Part shown: positions 27,556 to 39,482 of the stretch, piece after piece
Layout: every line of letters starts with the position of its first letter
Numbering within the stretch: position 1 is the stretch's first letter
Assembly: GCA_040437565.1 (NCBI GenBank)
Contig: JBDOQK010000014.1
Location: forward strand, 496,001 to 560,000
Length of the DNA: 64,000 bases
Reading direction: 5' to 3'
Source of the DNA: Albugo candida
Lineage: Eukaryota
The notes under the pieces: model-generated
Seen by the model: the letters and a program-made list of their open reading frames with translations, nothing else
Told to the model about the DNA's origin: nothing
Databases searched by the model: none
Translations under genes and position numbers: made by a program

Positions 27556-27671
27556 TTTATATCAAAATTACGTGATATATTCCAATCAGAGGACGTAACG
27601 AGACATAGCGAGACATATTAAACCAATCATTTCGGAAAGAAACGAGCAAAATGTTCTTTTATTAAGCGATT

Positions 27672-28561
27672 TTATGCGTTTACTCCGAGAAGAATCCCAT
27701 TACTGCCGGTATTGTTGTTGGGTAAATACGTGATATTGCGTGATCTCGAGAGTGTTTCCGCAACTTCACGCGCAGCATCGATACGTTGTACCTCAATGAA
27801 TCCATTTCCGCTTTTGGCAACTGCTTCCGAAACCAATTTCGCGGCTTCCGACTCACCTTCTGCTCGGATAATGGCCGCTTGACGTTCTTGTTCAGAACGC
27901 ATCACAACAAATTTTTGACGCTCTGCTTCTTGCTGAGCGACTTGTTTCTGCTCTACGGCACGTGTGAACTCTGGCCCATACTCCAAGTGTGTGATGGAGA
28001 CGTCATCCAAGCTGAGAGCAAATCGACCGGCTCGTTCTTTGAGCTCTTGTGAGATCTGATGAGATACTTTGTCACGAAATGTAAGTAGCTCACTGGCGTC
28101 GTATTGAGCAACCACAGACTTGAGCACCTCGTTTCCGACGGAAGGTAAGATACGATCAGAGTAATCGGCTCCATATTCCGCGAAAATGTGAGGTAGTCGG
28201 AGCACATCGGGACGAGACAAAACACGCAATGAGATGTTAACCATTTGGAGGTCTTTTGTGCCTGTGCGTGAGCTAATAACTCGATACGTCGAGCGAACAT
28301 CAAGGATCGTCGGGTATTGGATGAATGGGATTTTGGCGTGTGTGCCTTCACCAACGCTTTTTGGTAGAATACCGGTCCTTCGGTCAAAGATCACTGCGCG
28401 ATGACCGCCATCCACTAAAGAAACGAAATTCACCCGTTCAAATACGTACAGAGAGAAAGACGAAGGCACGTACCGTCGTATAGGCACTCTTGCACCGCAA
28501 ATCCGCCCAAACCGACTGCAGAACCAATCTGTGCAACGCGATTCAAAATACGAGAAGTCAT
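27672..28561 (-). CDS. PHB1: Prohibitin 1
   Basis: [13 protein letters not shown]...[34 protein letters not shown] and [14 protein letters not shown]; intron 28415-28473. Confidence 0.95.
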
Positions 28562-28715
28562 TTGCTTCCAACGATTTTCTCGCTAAGAAAGGGGACTTTT
28601 ATTCGGGTCACCATAGTAATTTCTCGGTCTCGAAAAGGAAACCAACTGGGCGCGCCACATATTGCAATCGCAACAGAAGCTTTGAACGGGTTATTTACGG
28701 GACACAAATACAGCC

Positions 28716-29953
28716 ATGTTTCGAACTATCATGAATGCCTCCTTTCGTGGATGTGTCGCACGTGTGCCGAAATCAAACGCACGCATCTTAAAGACTACGC
28801 GCAATTCTCCGCGATTGTTGCAGCTTTCTACTAATTGGCCAAAAATACATGCCAATAACTTCCAATCAAATCGCATTATTAGTGAAGATCACGACGAATC
28901 GGAATTTTTTTATGAAGATCATGAAGCAGAACACGACGGTGAATTCGTACAATATGGATCGCCAGTAGCCGCAATACAAGAACAGGCTCCTTCTTTCACC
29001 GCGGATGCCGTTGTAAATGGAGAAATCACTTCCGTTTCATTGGATCAATATCGAGGGCAATATGTGGTGCTATTTTTTTATCCAAAGGACTTTACATATG
29101 TTTGCCCGACGGAAATTATCGCTTTCAATGACCGATCTGAAGAATTCAAAGAGCTTAACACCCAACTGATTGCAATTTCGACGGATTCGGCAGAATCGCA
29201 TCTTGCATGGACAAAACTACCTCGAAACAAGGGTGGACTCGGTCAAATGGAAATTCCTTTGGTGTCGGATATCCGTAAAATCATTGCTGCAAAGTATGGC
29301 GTCTTATTGGAGAAAGCAGGAGTCGCACTTCGTGGACTATTTATTATCGATAAGGAAGGCACTCTCCAGCAAATTACGGTCAATAATCTACCAATTGGAC
29401 GAAGTGTGGATGAAACGTTGCGATTGTTACAAGCGTTGCAATTTGTGGAAGAACATGGGGAAGTGTGTCCAGCAAACTGGAAGCCTGGCAGTAAAACAAT
29501 TGTTGCGACACCTAAAGGATCACACGAGTATTTTTCAGGTGTGGACGAAAATGACGAGGAGGATTTGGACAAAGGCATCACGGTCATCCAGTCAAAGAAG
29601 CAATTTGACGACCTGATTCAGAAGCAAGAAAATGTTGTTGCCAAGTTCATGGCACCATGGTGTGGTAAATGTGCCAAAATCCAGCCCTTTGTACAGGAAC
29701 TCGCAGCAGATCATCCAGAAATTGTACGTATCGCTTTGTGAAGTAACATCACGTTTTTCAACTGTTTGCATTGCAGGCATTTGCGAAATTGGACGCAGAC
29801 ATTCCCGAAATCGAGCAACTGAAGAATGAAATGCAAGTGGATCAATTTCCGGAATTTCGATTTTTCAAGAAAGGCAAAGAAGCTCTCCCTGCGGTTTCAG
29901 GGTATAAAAAAGCGGTCTTGAAGGCGGCAGTTGAAAAACTGGAGCGTCAATGA
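28716..29953 (+). CDS. Typical 2-Cys peroxiredoxin fused to a C-terminal thioredoxin domain, probable mitochondrial presequence
   Basis: [14 protein letters not shown] and [11 protein letters not shown] (Prx1/AhpC), then [10 protein letters not shown] Trx fold. Intron 29724-29776; Arg/Ser-rich N-terminus. Confidence 0.92.
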
Positions 29954-30017
29954 ATCCGCGTTACGTAGCGGTCGTCTTGTTTTCAATTGCGTTCAAAAGC
30001 AACACTATATAAATCTA

Positions 30018-32567
30018 TCACCGATTTTGTTCACGAGAAGCTGCTTCAAATCTAGCTCGCGCCGCAAGTTGGATCTTCTCTCTGTACGTTGTTGCTTCAG
30101 GCACATCACTCGCTGCTTTGGCCGTCACCGACCCAAGTCCTGCCGTTTTCTGTGCATCCGAGAACGATGTCGGATTGATGGCTGTGGTGATCCCTTTACC
30201 GTCTTTGCCCAAGCCTTTTCCCTTTTTCCAGCCCATCATCTTGAGCATCTTGCCTCCAATACCCGACTCTAAAGCATCCGTTTTTGACTCGGAAACATTT
30301 TTGGGTATTGCGATCGTCGCTGTGTTCGATTCAGAACGACAGCTTTGGTGCTTTTTCGCTTTCCGCTCCTCGTCATTGACAAGCTGTACTTGCGCTGCTA
30401 TCGCATCTTTGTGCTGCTTTGCTTTTACAAGATTATCTTTGTGCAATTGAGACAAATTCTCATGTTTTCGCAATTGTGCGATCGTTTTGAATTTTCGACG
30501 ACACAACTACAAAAGCGTATGGAATTCCATCAACACAACTGTTACGAAGCGAAAGTGAGACAATTGGCGTACCAAACAAATCGGCGCTTCTGTTGGCACA
30601 TCTGCCAGCACATTAACAATCGTATCGTTCGACTGTTTGCTTTGAATGACATGCTCCAACTGATCACTTCCTTCCACTTTGCCGACATCACAATGACGCT
30701 GAGCATGAGACCATCGGGCGATTTCCTTGGCGAATTTACGCTTCAAATTTGGCGCTCCTGCGACCACAGAAGGCGCTAAAGCCTTTGGAACGCTTTCGAT
30801 GTTATTGGAAAACGTATTATTTGGCTTTTGCATTTTCAACGATTTCGCAAATGAGAGCTTCATAACCGGCTTTTTACTTTTTTTGGTGTCTGTGGCTTCC
30901 AAAGCTTTATTCTCAACGCCGTCAAATATCGCGTCATCAATGGGAATTGGCGGTATAAATCTCTCAAACGCCGGGTCTTCTCCATCGCGATATCGATAGT
31001 ATCGTCCCGTGTACAAATTGTAATACAATTTGGATTGTGGGTCGTAATAACACATGCTATCGGTGTCGTAATAGAGTCCAAACTCTTTAGCGAATATGTA
31101 TCCCCCGCCTTCCTTCTCGAACGCGACTGGCCAGGCTTTCCGTGGTTCCTCGATATGTGGACGAGCCGCAGCAGCAGCTTGATCTAAGAATTCGCATACA
31201 TCCTCTCCCGTCACGTTCTGCATAAAGATTGCAATTTGGACACAGAAAGAAATTGGAAATCCACTTTGTCGTCAGCAAACATATTTCGAATGTATTCGCA
31301 CAGAATTGCCGTTGCATTCACCTGGAGCTCAGCTGCTTCATCGGCGGTAGGAGGCTGCTGGGAAGCGTATCCGTTCGCAAGCGCCCATTGTGCTTGTTCC
31401 AATGCGATGGCTGCGATTGAATTGGATCGTTGGCTCGTGGACGATGAGGCGTTCCCGTGCACGCGAAAGTGGTATCCTTCTCGAGCGAATGCCAATCGAA
31501 TCGGAGTGTCTTGCACGAGAATTCTTCCGGCAACTGCGACTTCCAAAACGGCCGACGCGCTCTTTACTCAAATATGGTGAAGCGGGTGGGAAAACACTAT
31601 TTAAGGACGTACCTCGACATCAGCAAACTCAATGAATGCGAATCCGCGCGATTGCGCCGATAGACGATCCCGGACAAGTCGAATATCTTGAATTCCGGAG
31701 AAGCAAGCAAAAGCGACTTGAAGCTACAAATATGTGGTGATTCCCAGATATCGTACGGTTGACATTGATCGTACAGCGCCTTCATCGGTTTCTGAGGGAA
31801 GCATCCGAGCTACTAAGACATTTGAGGGAACCTCGCACTCATTGACTTCGTCATAGCCGCCAAAGGAACGAGCAGGAGGAACTGGTTGCTGATAATGAAT
31901 CTGTGGAATTTCCACCGGATTCTGTGGTTTCATTGCGGCGCATTTGAAGCACGAAAGTCGACGTGCAAAGTTATTCACATGACACTATTTGCCATTGTCA
32001 GATATTCGAAAAATGCGACCGAATGGAATCGTACCTGTTCACATATCCAATCGAGTCGCGGAGGAGCTGGTTTTACTCCAAGTTCATGAGCCAAGCGACT
32101 CGGTCGATAATTCTCCGTATACGCAAACGAAATCGGTCGATGGTCCAAGAAAAGCGGTTCATTTGCTTATGAAAAATGTCAGCGTCGACTGATTTTAATA
32201 TCAGTTAAGCGTACCAAATGCATGGACCACAGCTATTGCATTTTCTAGCGTTCCAAATTCAGCAAATGCAAATCCGCGATGCTCTCCTGTCGCCTGAATT
32301 GCAGTCTTAGCGCTTATACAGCCAAACGATTGCAGTCACCTTGTTGTACATTACTCGAACATGAATTGGATGAAAGGACGAGAGCGCTGCTGCCAACTGC
32401 AAAGTGTTAGAAAAAAGGCGATGAACGATACGCTCTCTTACGATTTGGTCGGTAACGTTGGCTGAGAGACCGCGAACAATAAGTGTCAAACTTGGTGGAA
32501 GATCTCCACGTCGTTGCGGCCATTTTGGGTCGTAATCAGTGTAATTTCGATCAAAACGAGCAGCCAT
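30018..32567 (-). CDS. RBM5/RBM10/SUA-like splicing factor (RRM, RanBP2 ZnF, RRM, OCRE, C2H2, G-patch)
   Basis: NNFARRLSCFKC, GLYYDTDSMCYYDPQSKLYY (OCRE), CRRKFKTIAQLRKHENLSQLH and IGGKMLKMMGWKKGKGLGK. Multi-exon; an alternative ATG lies at 32624. Confidence 0.9.
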
Positions 32568-32812
32568 ATCGACGGGAATACTGTTTAATTGCATGTTGTA
32601 AGTGTACGCAGTGGCGTCTCCCATCGCGGTCGGGCGGTTGGCGAGGCTTATAAAGTGTTCAGTGAGGCGATATGTCGTTGATCGCGAGATTGCTGCCGAA
32701 AACTAACGGTTAACTGGTGGATAGGCTGCTGTGCTAACGGATAGGATCTGCTGTCTATTTATTATAAAATTAGCCGCAATTGTTATATGTATTAAATTCT
32801 CGTAGACGAGAA

Positions 32813-33373
32813 ATGTTTCGCCGCATCTTTCGTCGTCGACAATTGTATACGGCTTCTGGCGATCCCTCAAGCAAATCAGTAGAAGATAATGATCAGGAAG
32901 TATCGCAATGGAAGCTGACGGTCGACAAAGATGAAAAGTATCGTAGATTTATCTGTGATGGAATTGGCGATTTGCGTGTTGCGAAAGTTTTAACCCGACG
33001 TAATTCGCAAAACAGAATATTTACAGTGCGTGAAGAAGAAAGAAATGCTGCGATTGCTTGGGAAAGACTTCGACAGTTATGCTCATTTTATGAGGATATC
33101 GTACGTGAGGAAGGTGAGAAAGCATGCAGAGATCAAGGTTTACGCACGCTGTTGCATTCAGCGGTGGATCGTGGGGTTATTTTGCGGGACATTGACATTT
33201 TGGAAAAGTATCCCGATGGATTCACACCGGAAATGTTTTCGAATCTCGGTCATACGTTGAACCGCGAAAGTTTTTTATACGATGTGATCGCTCGCGATAA
33301 TGAATTGACGCAATTCAATGTAAAGTGTCAGAATGGCGATACCACCAAAAGAATGCGTGCAAACTCTGTGTGA
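32813..33373 (+). CDS. Hypothetical protein (~186 aa), possible mitochondrial presequence
   Basis: Clean ORF starting MFRRIFRRRQL, divergent from the RBM5-like gene; no family recognised. Confidence 0.6.
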   Translation: MFRRIFRRRQLYTASGDPSSKSVEDNDQEVSQWKLTVDKDEKYRRFICDGIGDLRVAKVLTRRNSQNRIFTVREEERNAAIAWERLRQLCSFYEDIVREEGEKACRDQGLRTLLHSAVDRGVILRDIDILEKYPDGFTPEMFSNLGHTLNRESFLYDVIARDNELTQFNVKCQNGDTTKRMRANSV

Positions 33374-33411
33374 TCACTGTAGCGACATTCAAATCACATT
33401 CTCTTAGCACA

Positions 33412-33955
33412 CTATATCCAATGGTTCAATGCGGTATGACCAAGATGCTTGATTTTGTCCACTCCATTGCAATCTACCACACGGCCTTTAGCATCGACGA
33501 TAATCACACAAGGAATGCCGCTTTTTCGGTTTGTAATGTTCAGTTCGGTTTGCTCGGCTTTTGCACAAACATTGTACTAACAAATATAAGTAAGATAGAA
33601 CTTGAAAAACGTCTAATGTAAATTACTTTTTGCTTCAAAGTGGTTCGCAATGAACTATGAAAAGCGAGTCGTAACCAGCTTTCATGTTTCTCGAATTCAA
33701 TCAACTCTTCTTCCTCGCTTCGATTGGATCCAACGAATATAATTTCGAGTAGCTTCTCCTTCACATTGACGCGCTGATAAAACTCTTTCAAAATCGGTAG
33801 GAATGCTTGGCAATCACCACACCAATCCGCCTATCCATGTTGCTTTCAATCAAACTTTACTATTGCGAGCCACGTACCCCGAAGTAGAACGCATGCAGGT
33901 TTCCTACAACACTCGAGGCGTCGATTGTATCCCCTGACTTTGTCTGTAGTTCCAT
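33412..33955 (-). CDS. Nucleoredoxin/tryparedoxin-like thioredoxin-fold protein
   Basis: MELQTKSG...FYFG|ADWCGDCQAFLPILKEFY...LEIIFVGSNRS...GIPCVIIVD; two introns. Confidence 0.85.
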
Positions 33956-33979
33956 TAACTTATATGAATAATTACAAAT

Positions 33980-35962
33980 TTATTTATTTCGATTACAATT
34001 TTCTTCGAAATGATGTCGAGACAAATTGCTTTCCATTTTCTCAAGTTCCATTTGTCCAAGCCGAATCTCCATCCGTAAAATCTCGTACGTCTCCATCACC
34101 TTTGGATCGATATATAAAAATGATCGGATTCGAGATGCAATCTCGATCCAATCGGGTTCAGTTCTGAATTTCATAATAAGCCAGAACAGCGATTCACTCT
34201 GTGCGCTGAGACACAAAGCACACAAACGTTCATACATTCCATTCCAATATTCCCACTCGACTTGAATATGAGACGCGTCCCCGTTTTCTTTCTGCTCCAT
34301 CTCCAGGACATTTCGACGAATTTCTATACGTTTACGAATAACAGAATTGAGTTTTGCGCGAGCTCCCACCATATTTGACAGCGGGCAAAACGCTTTCGTG
34401 ATATCTTCTGAGATTCCAATCCATTGTGGTTTTCGTCGGTTAATGGTTTCAATAGCTAGTTTGCGTTGTAGCTCCTTGATTTCTTCACGCAAACTCACGA
34501 TTATATCGCTTTCCACACGACCAGACGAATGCGTGTAACTGTGATTTCCTCTACAATCGTTGGGTGTCAAACTCGTCTTGATTTTTTTGACGCGATTGGC
34601 GTATTTCAGTGTATTTATTGTTTCTTCTATATTTGCCAAAGAAGGAGCGATATTGGCTACCATTACGGTGCGGCAACTCCCGCCCAATGAATCCTTCAAT
34701 AAACGCGTCAATTTACTGCCGCGATATGGAACAAAGATGGCTGCACTCGTCTCAGTTAAAGTAGATTTGTTACATAAAGCATTGATACAGTTGCCTAACG
34801 CGAGCAAAGAGCGGTTGATATTCGCTCCCTCCAAAAATCGCTGTCCACGATTTTTTGTAACCGCAGCTCGTTCGCTTCCAGCAAGGTCAACGAGCGACAA
34901 TTTTCCAAACTTCAACACAGCACCTTCAGCATCAACGTCATCAGCGTTTCGCGACCGCTGTTCGACAACTAGCTGAAACACGGCGTGACTCCTAGACGAA
35001 ACTGCGTTTACTGCGGTCATTTCTTGTGATCGTTTCTTAGTTCCTCGACGTAATAAACGCATCACTTCCGCTACGTTGCTCACATCAATTTCTGTTATTC
35101 CAACAACCACACTACCTCGACCCGGATCTTCTCTCAATTCCAAAAATTCACTTCCACTATTTGCCAATAGATCACATACATTCTCATTATAAACTTCCAG
35201 AAAGGAAACATTCACGTTATAAACGATCTTAGCCGCAGGATTCTTGTTCACAAGGTCAATGCACGCGAATAAATCGTGTAGTGTGAGCGTGATGATTCCA
35301 GGTTCATTACACGAGCCAAACATGGTGTACGTCTTACCGGCACCCGTACATCCGTACGCAAACACCGTCGCATTAAATCCATTAAGGATTCCGTGAATGA
35401 GAAATTGAGTTGTTCCCATGAAGATTTCCATTTGGCTCTGATTCGGAGTGAACACATAATCAAATGTGTACCGTTTTTTCTCGATCAGTTGTATGCTTTC
35501 TAATCTGCGGGGAACAGCGCAGGTACGCCGATTGGTTGAGCTTCGTAAGATGGACGCTTTTGGTTGCTTATTGGGATGAGTTAGTCGAATTCGATTGGCA
35601 TCTTTATTTATGAGTGGTAGTTGAGAAGCGGACGCATTGTTTGATTTGTGATTCATTATGATAACAGTCTTATGATCCAAAACTTGTACAATTTCAGCGA
35701 CATCTTGCTCATTAATTGTACGAGATCGTAAGCGAACCATAACGAGAACGTTTGCTTGACCTTCCCACAAACGCTTGTTGTGATTCATATCAATCTCTCT
35801 ATACACCGTTTTGATGTGAGATTGCGGTGACAAAATTGAGTCAAGATGGTGTCTGGGTGAATCATCATTTCCACTGGGTTTTTTGCTCGAGCGAATGGGT
35901 GGGAGCGTTGTTGCGCGTGCATTAGTAATTTTCTGGCGAATGGTCGTACATTTCAAAGCCAT
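33980..35962 (-). CDS. Kinesin-8 family (KIF18/19-like) motor
   Basis: AYGCTGAGKTYTM (P-loop), SSRSHA, LVDLAGSER, EGANINRSLLALGNCINAL and SKLTRLLKDSLGGSCRTVM. Confidence 0.93.
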   Translation of the reverse strand: MALKCTTIRQKITNARATTLPPIRSSKKPSGNDDSPRHHLDSILSPQSHIKTVYREIDMNHNKRLWEGQANVLVMVRLRSRTINEQDVAEIVQVLDHKTVIIMNHKSNNASASQLPLINKDANRIRLTHPNKQPKASILRSSTNRRTCAVPRRLESIQLIEKKRYTFDYVFTPNQSQMEIFMGTTQFLIHGILNGFNATVFAYGCTGAGKTYTMFGSCNEPGIITLTLHDLFACIDLVNKNPAAKIVYNVNVSFLEVYNENVCDLLANSGSEFLELREDPGRGSVVVGITEIDVSNVAEVMRLLRRGTKKRSQEMTAVNAVSSRSHAVFQLVVEQRSRNADDVDAEGAVLKFGKLSLVDLAGSERAAVTKNRGQRFLEGANINRSLLALGNCINALCNKSTLTETSAAIFVPYRGSKLTRLLKDSLGGSCRTVMVANIAPSLANIEETINTLKYANRVKKIKTSLTPNDCRGNHSYTHSSGRVESDIIVSLREEIKELQRKLAIETINRRKPQWIGISEDITKAFCPLSNMVGARAKLNSVIRKRIEIRRNVLEMEQKENGDASHIQVEWEYWNGMYERLCALCLSAQSESLFWLIMKFRTEPDWIEIASRIRSFLYIDPKVMETYEILRMEIRLGQMELEKMESNLSRHHFEENCNRNK

Positions 35963-36649
35963 CCAAAACGGAGGGATTGAGATTTAAGCAAGCGCTTGCT
36001 CGCCATTTTACGAAATGTGATTATGGCGATATTTATAATGAATATAGAATATTTATAGGCGTATGGCGTNNNNNNNNNNNNNNNNNNNNNNNNNNNNNNN
36101 NNNNNNNNNNNNNNNNNNNNNNNNNNNNNNNNNNNNNNNNNNNNNNNNNNNNNNNNNNNNNNNNNNNNNATAATCACACAAGGAATGCCGCTTTTTCGGT
36201 TTGTAATGTTCAGTTCGGTTTGCTCGGCTTTTGCACAAACATTGTACTAACAAATATAAGTAAGATAGAACTTGAAAAACGTCTAATGTAAATTACTTTT
36301 TGCTTCAAAGTGGTTCGCAATGAACTATGAAAAGCGAGTCGTAACCAGCTTTCATGTTTCTCGAATTCAATCAACTCTTCTTCCTCGCTTCGATTGGATC
36401 CAACGAATATAATTTCGAGTAGCTTCTCCTTCACATTGACGCGCTGATAAAACTCTTTCAAAATCGGTAGGAATGCTTGGCAATCACCACACCAATCCGC
36501 CTATCCATGTTGCTTTCAATCAAACTTTACTATTGCGAGCCACGTACCCCGAAGTAGAACGCATGCAGGTTTCCTACAACACTCGAGGCGTCGATTGTAT
36601 CCCCTGACTTTGTCTGTAGTTCCATTAACTTATATGAATAATTACAAAT

Positions 36650-38632
36650 TTATTTATTTCGATTACAATTTTCTTCGAAATGATGTCGAGACAAATTGCT
36701 TTCCATTTTCTCAAGTTCCATTTGTCCAAGCCGAATCTCCATCCGTAAAATCTCGTACGTCTCCATCACCTTTGGATCGATATATAAAAATGATCGGATT
36801 CGAGATGCAATCTCGATCCAATCGGGTTCAGTTCTGAATTTCATAATAAGCCAGAACAGCGATTCACTCTGTGCGCTGAGACACAAAGCACACAAACGTT
36901 CATACATTCCATTCCAATATTCCCACTCGACTTGAATATGAGACGCGTCCCCGTTTTCTTTCTGCTCCATCTCCAGGACATTTCGACGAATTTCTATACG
37001 TTTACGAATAACAGAATTGAGTTTTGCGCGAGCTCCCACCATATTTGACAGCGGGCAAAACGCTTTCGTGATATCTTCTGAGATTCCAATCCATTGTGGT
37101 TTTCGTCGGTTAATGGTTTCAATAGCTAGTTTGCGTTGTAGCTCCTTGATTTCTTCACGCAAACTCACGATTATATCGCTTTCCACACGACCAGACGAAT
37201 GCGTGTAACTGTGATTTCCTCTACAATCGTTGGGTGTCAAACTCGTCTTGATTTTTTTGACGCGATTGGCGTATTTCAGTGTATTTATTGTTTCTTCTAT
37301 ATTTGCCAAAGAAGGAGCGATATTGGCTACCATTACGGTGCGGCAACTCCCGCCCAATGAATCCTTCAATAAACGCGTCAATTTACTGCCGCGATATGGA
37401 ACAAAGATGGCTGCACTCGTCTCAGTTAAAGTAGATTTGTTACATAAAGCATTGATACAGTTGCCTAACGCGAGCAAAGAGCGGTTGATATTCGCTCCCT
37501 CCAAAAATCGCTGTCCACGATTTTTTGTAACCGCAGCTCGTTCGCTTCCAGCAAGGTCAACGAGCGACAATTTTCCAAACTTCAACACAGCACCTTCAGC
37601 ATCAACGTCATCAGCGTTTCGCGACCGCTGTTCGACAACTAGCTGAAACACGGCGTGACTCCTAGACGAAACTGCGTTTACTGCGGTCATTTCTTGTGAT
37701 CGTTTCTTAGTTCCTCGACGTAATAAACGCATCACTTCCGCTACGTTGCTCACATCAATTTCTGTTATTCCAACAACCACACTACCTCGACCCGGATCTT
37801 CTCTCAATTCCAAAAATTCACTTCCACTATTTGCCAATAGATCACATACATTCTCATTATAAACTTCCAGAAAGGAAACATTCACGTTATAAACGATCTT
37901 AGCCGCAGGATTCTTGTTCACAAGGTCAATGCACGCGAATAAATCGTGTAGTGTGAGCGTGATGATTCCAGGTTCATTACACGAGCCAAACATGGTGTAC
38001 GTCTTACCGGCACCCGTACATCCGTACGCAAACACCGTCGCATTAAATCCATTAAGGATTCCGTGAATGAGAAATTGAGTTGTTCCCATGAAGATTTCCA
38101 TTTGGCTCTGATTCGGAGTGAACACATAATCAAATGTGTACCGTTTTTTCTCGATCAGTTGTATGCTTTCTAATCTGCGGGGAACAGCGCAGGTACGCCG
38201 ATTGGTTGAGCTTCGTAAGATGGACGCTTTTGGTTGCTTATTGGGATGAGTTAGTCGAATTCGATTGGCATCTTTATTTATGAGTGGTAGTTGAGAAGCG
38301 GACGCATTGTTTGATTTGTGATTCATTATGATAACAGTCTTATGATCCAAAACTTGTACAATTTCAGCGACATCTTGCTCATTAATTGTACGAGATCGTA
38401 AGCGAACCATAACGAGAACGTTTGCTTGACCTTCCCACAAACGCTTGTTGTGATTCATATCAATCTCTCTATACACCGTTTTGATGTGAGATTGCGGTGA
38501 CAAAATTGAGTCAAGATGGTGTCTGGGTGAATCATCATTTCCACTGGGTTTTTTGCTCGAGCGAATGGGTGGGAGCGTTGTTGCGCGTGCATTAGTAATT
38601 TTCTGGCGAATGGTCGTACATTTCAAAGCCAT
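36650..38632 (-). CDS. Kinesin-8, identical second copy (probably an assembly overlap)
   Basis: 33500-36069 is repeated at 36170-38739 across a 100-N gap; the translation is identical. Confidence 0.6.
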   Translation of the reverse strand: MALKCTTIRQKITNARATTLPPIRSSKKPSGNDDSPRHHLDSILSPQSHIKTVYREIDMNHNKRLWEGQANVLVMVRLRSRTINEQDVAEIVQVLDHKTVIIMNHKSNNASASQLPLINKDANRIRLTHPNKQPKASILRSSTNRRTCAVPRRLESIQLIEKKRYTFDYVFTPNQSQMEIFMGTTQFLIHGILNGFNATVFAYGCTGAGKTYTMFGSCNEPGIITLTLHDLFACIDLVNKNPAAKIVYNVNVSFLEVYNENVCDLLANSGSEFLELREDPGRGSVVVGITEIDVSNVAEVMRLLRRGTKKRSQEMTAVNAVSSRSHAVFQLVVEQRSRNADDVDAEGAVLKFGKLSLVDLAGSERAAVTKNRGQRFLEGANINRSLLALGNCINALCNKSTLTETSAAIFVPYRGSKLTRLLKDSLGGSCRTVMVANIAPSLANIEETINTLKYANRVKKIKTSLTPNDCRGNHSYTHSSGRVESDIIVSLREEIKELQRKLAIETINRRKPQWIGISEDITKAFCPLSNMVGARAKLNSVIRKRIEIRRNVLEMEQKENGDASHIQVEWEYWNGMYERLCALCLSAQSESLFWLIMKFRTEPDWIEIASRIRSFLYIDPKVMETYEILRMEIRLGQMELEKMESNLSRHHFEENCNRNK

Positions 38633-39482
38633 CCAAAACGGAGGGATTGAGATTTAAGCAAGCGCTTGCTCGCCATTTTACGAAATGTGATTATGGCGAT
38701 ATTTATAATGAATATAGAATATTTATAGGCGTATGGCGTTACGAGAGAAATTCTTCTTCTGCAGTATAGGGTTCGAGCACTCTCAAAAGTACAAGCTGAA
38801 AGGAACTGGCTCGAAAGGGTCAATGAGTGGATACTGATTTTGTAAGTGACATTTTTAGAAGACTTCTCGTATTTCCTTGAATAAAACCATTACAGTTAAT
38901 GATGGGTGGATCACTGTAAAGAGATGTCTTGAGTCGTTGAGTGATATTAGTCAGGATTAGCGTACAATTTGGACGAATCTTTGAATCGCAATAATCGGCG
39001 GTCACAAAACCTGTACTGTCTGTCTATCATGCCTATCCCTCTCATACTGTGACAGTTTCGAATGACTTGACTCCCCTCTTTGGCGTTTTTAGGACAAAAC
39101 TCGCAGTTGAGAACGATTCTACCCATCCTTATTCAGGCATTAGTGTATGCGACGCTCTCATTACTGTGACAGATGGATGAACTTTTAATTTATGCAATAA
39201 AGCAGGGTATCAAATTAAATACACTAGTTCTAAGGTCAGAGGCTGAAGCTGTTCTCTTTAATCACCTATGCTATTAGTTTTCCAAGTCAAAGGCAGCTTT
39301 TGACCGTCAGCTTCTTTCTTTCCATTTACTCATCCTTGCCACGATACGTACCCTAAAAGCTTGACATTGACACAGCTGATTATGTTTGGTTCAACCCCTC
39401 TACCGTTTGTTGCGGAGATCATTACATTTACATTGTTCACAAATAATTTCCACAAAATAGAGTCATAGCATCGCGATAGAGA

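Noticed and set aside
33500-38739. Tandem duplication of kinesin-8 and nucleoredoxin
   Set aside because: Apparently identical 2570-bp copies abut a 100-N gap exactly, typical of unmerged contig overlap.
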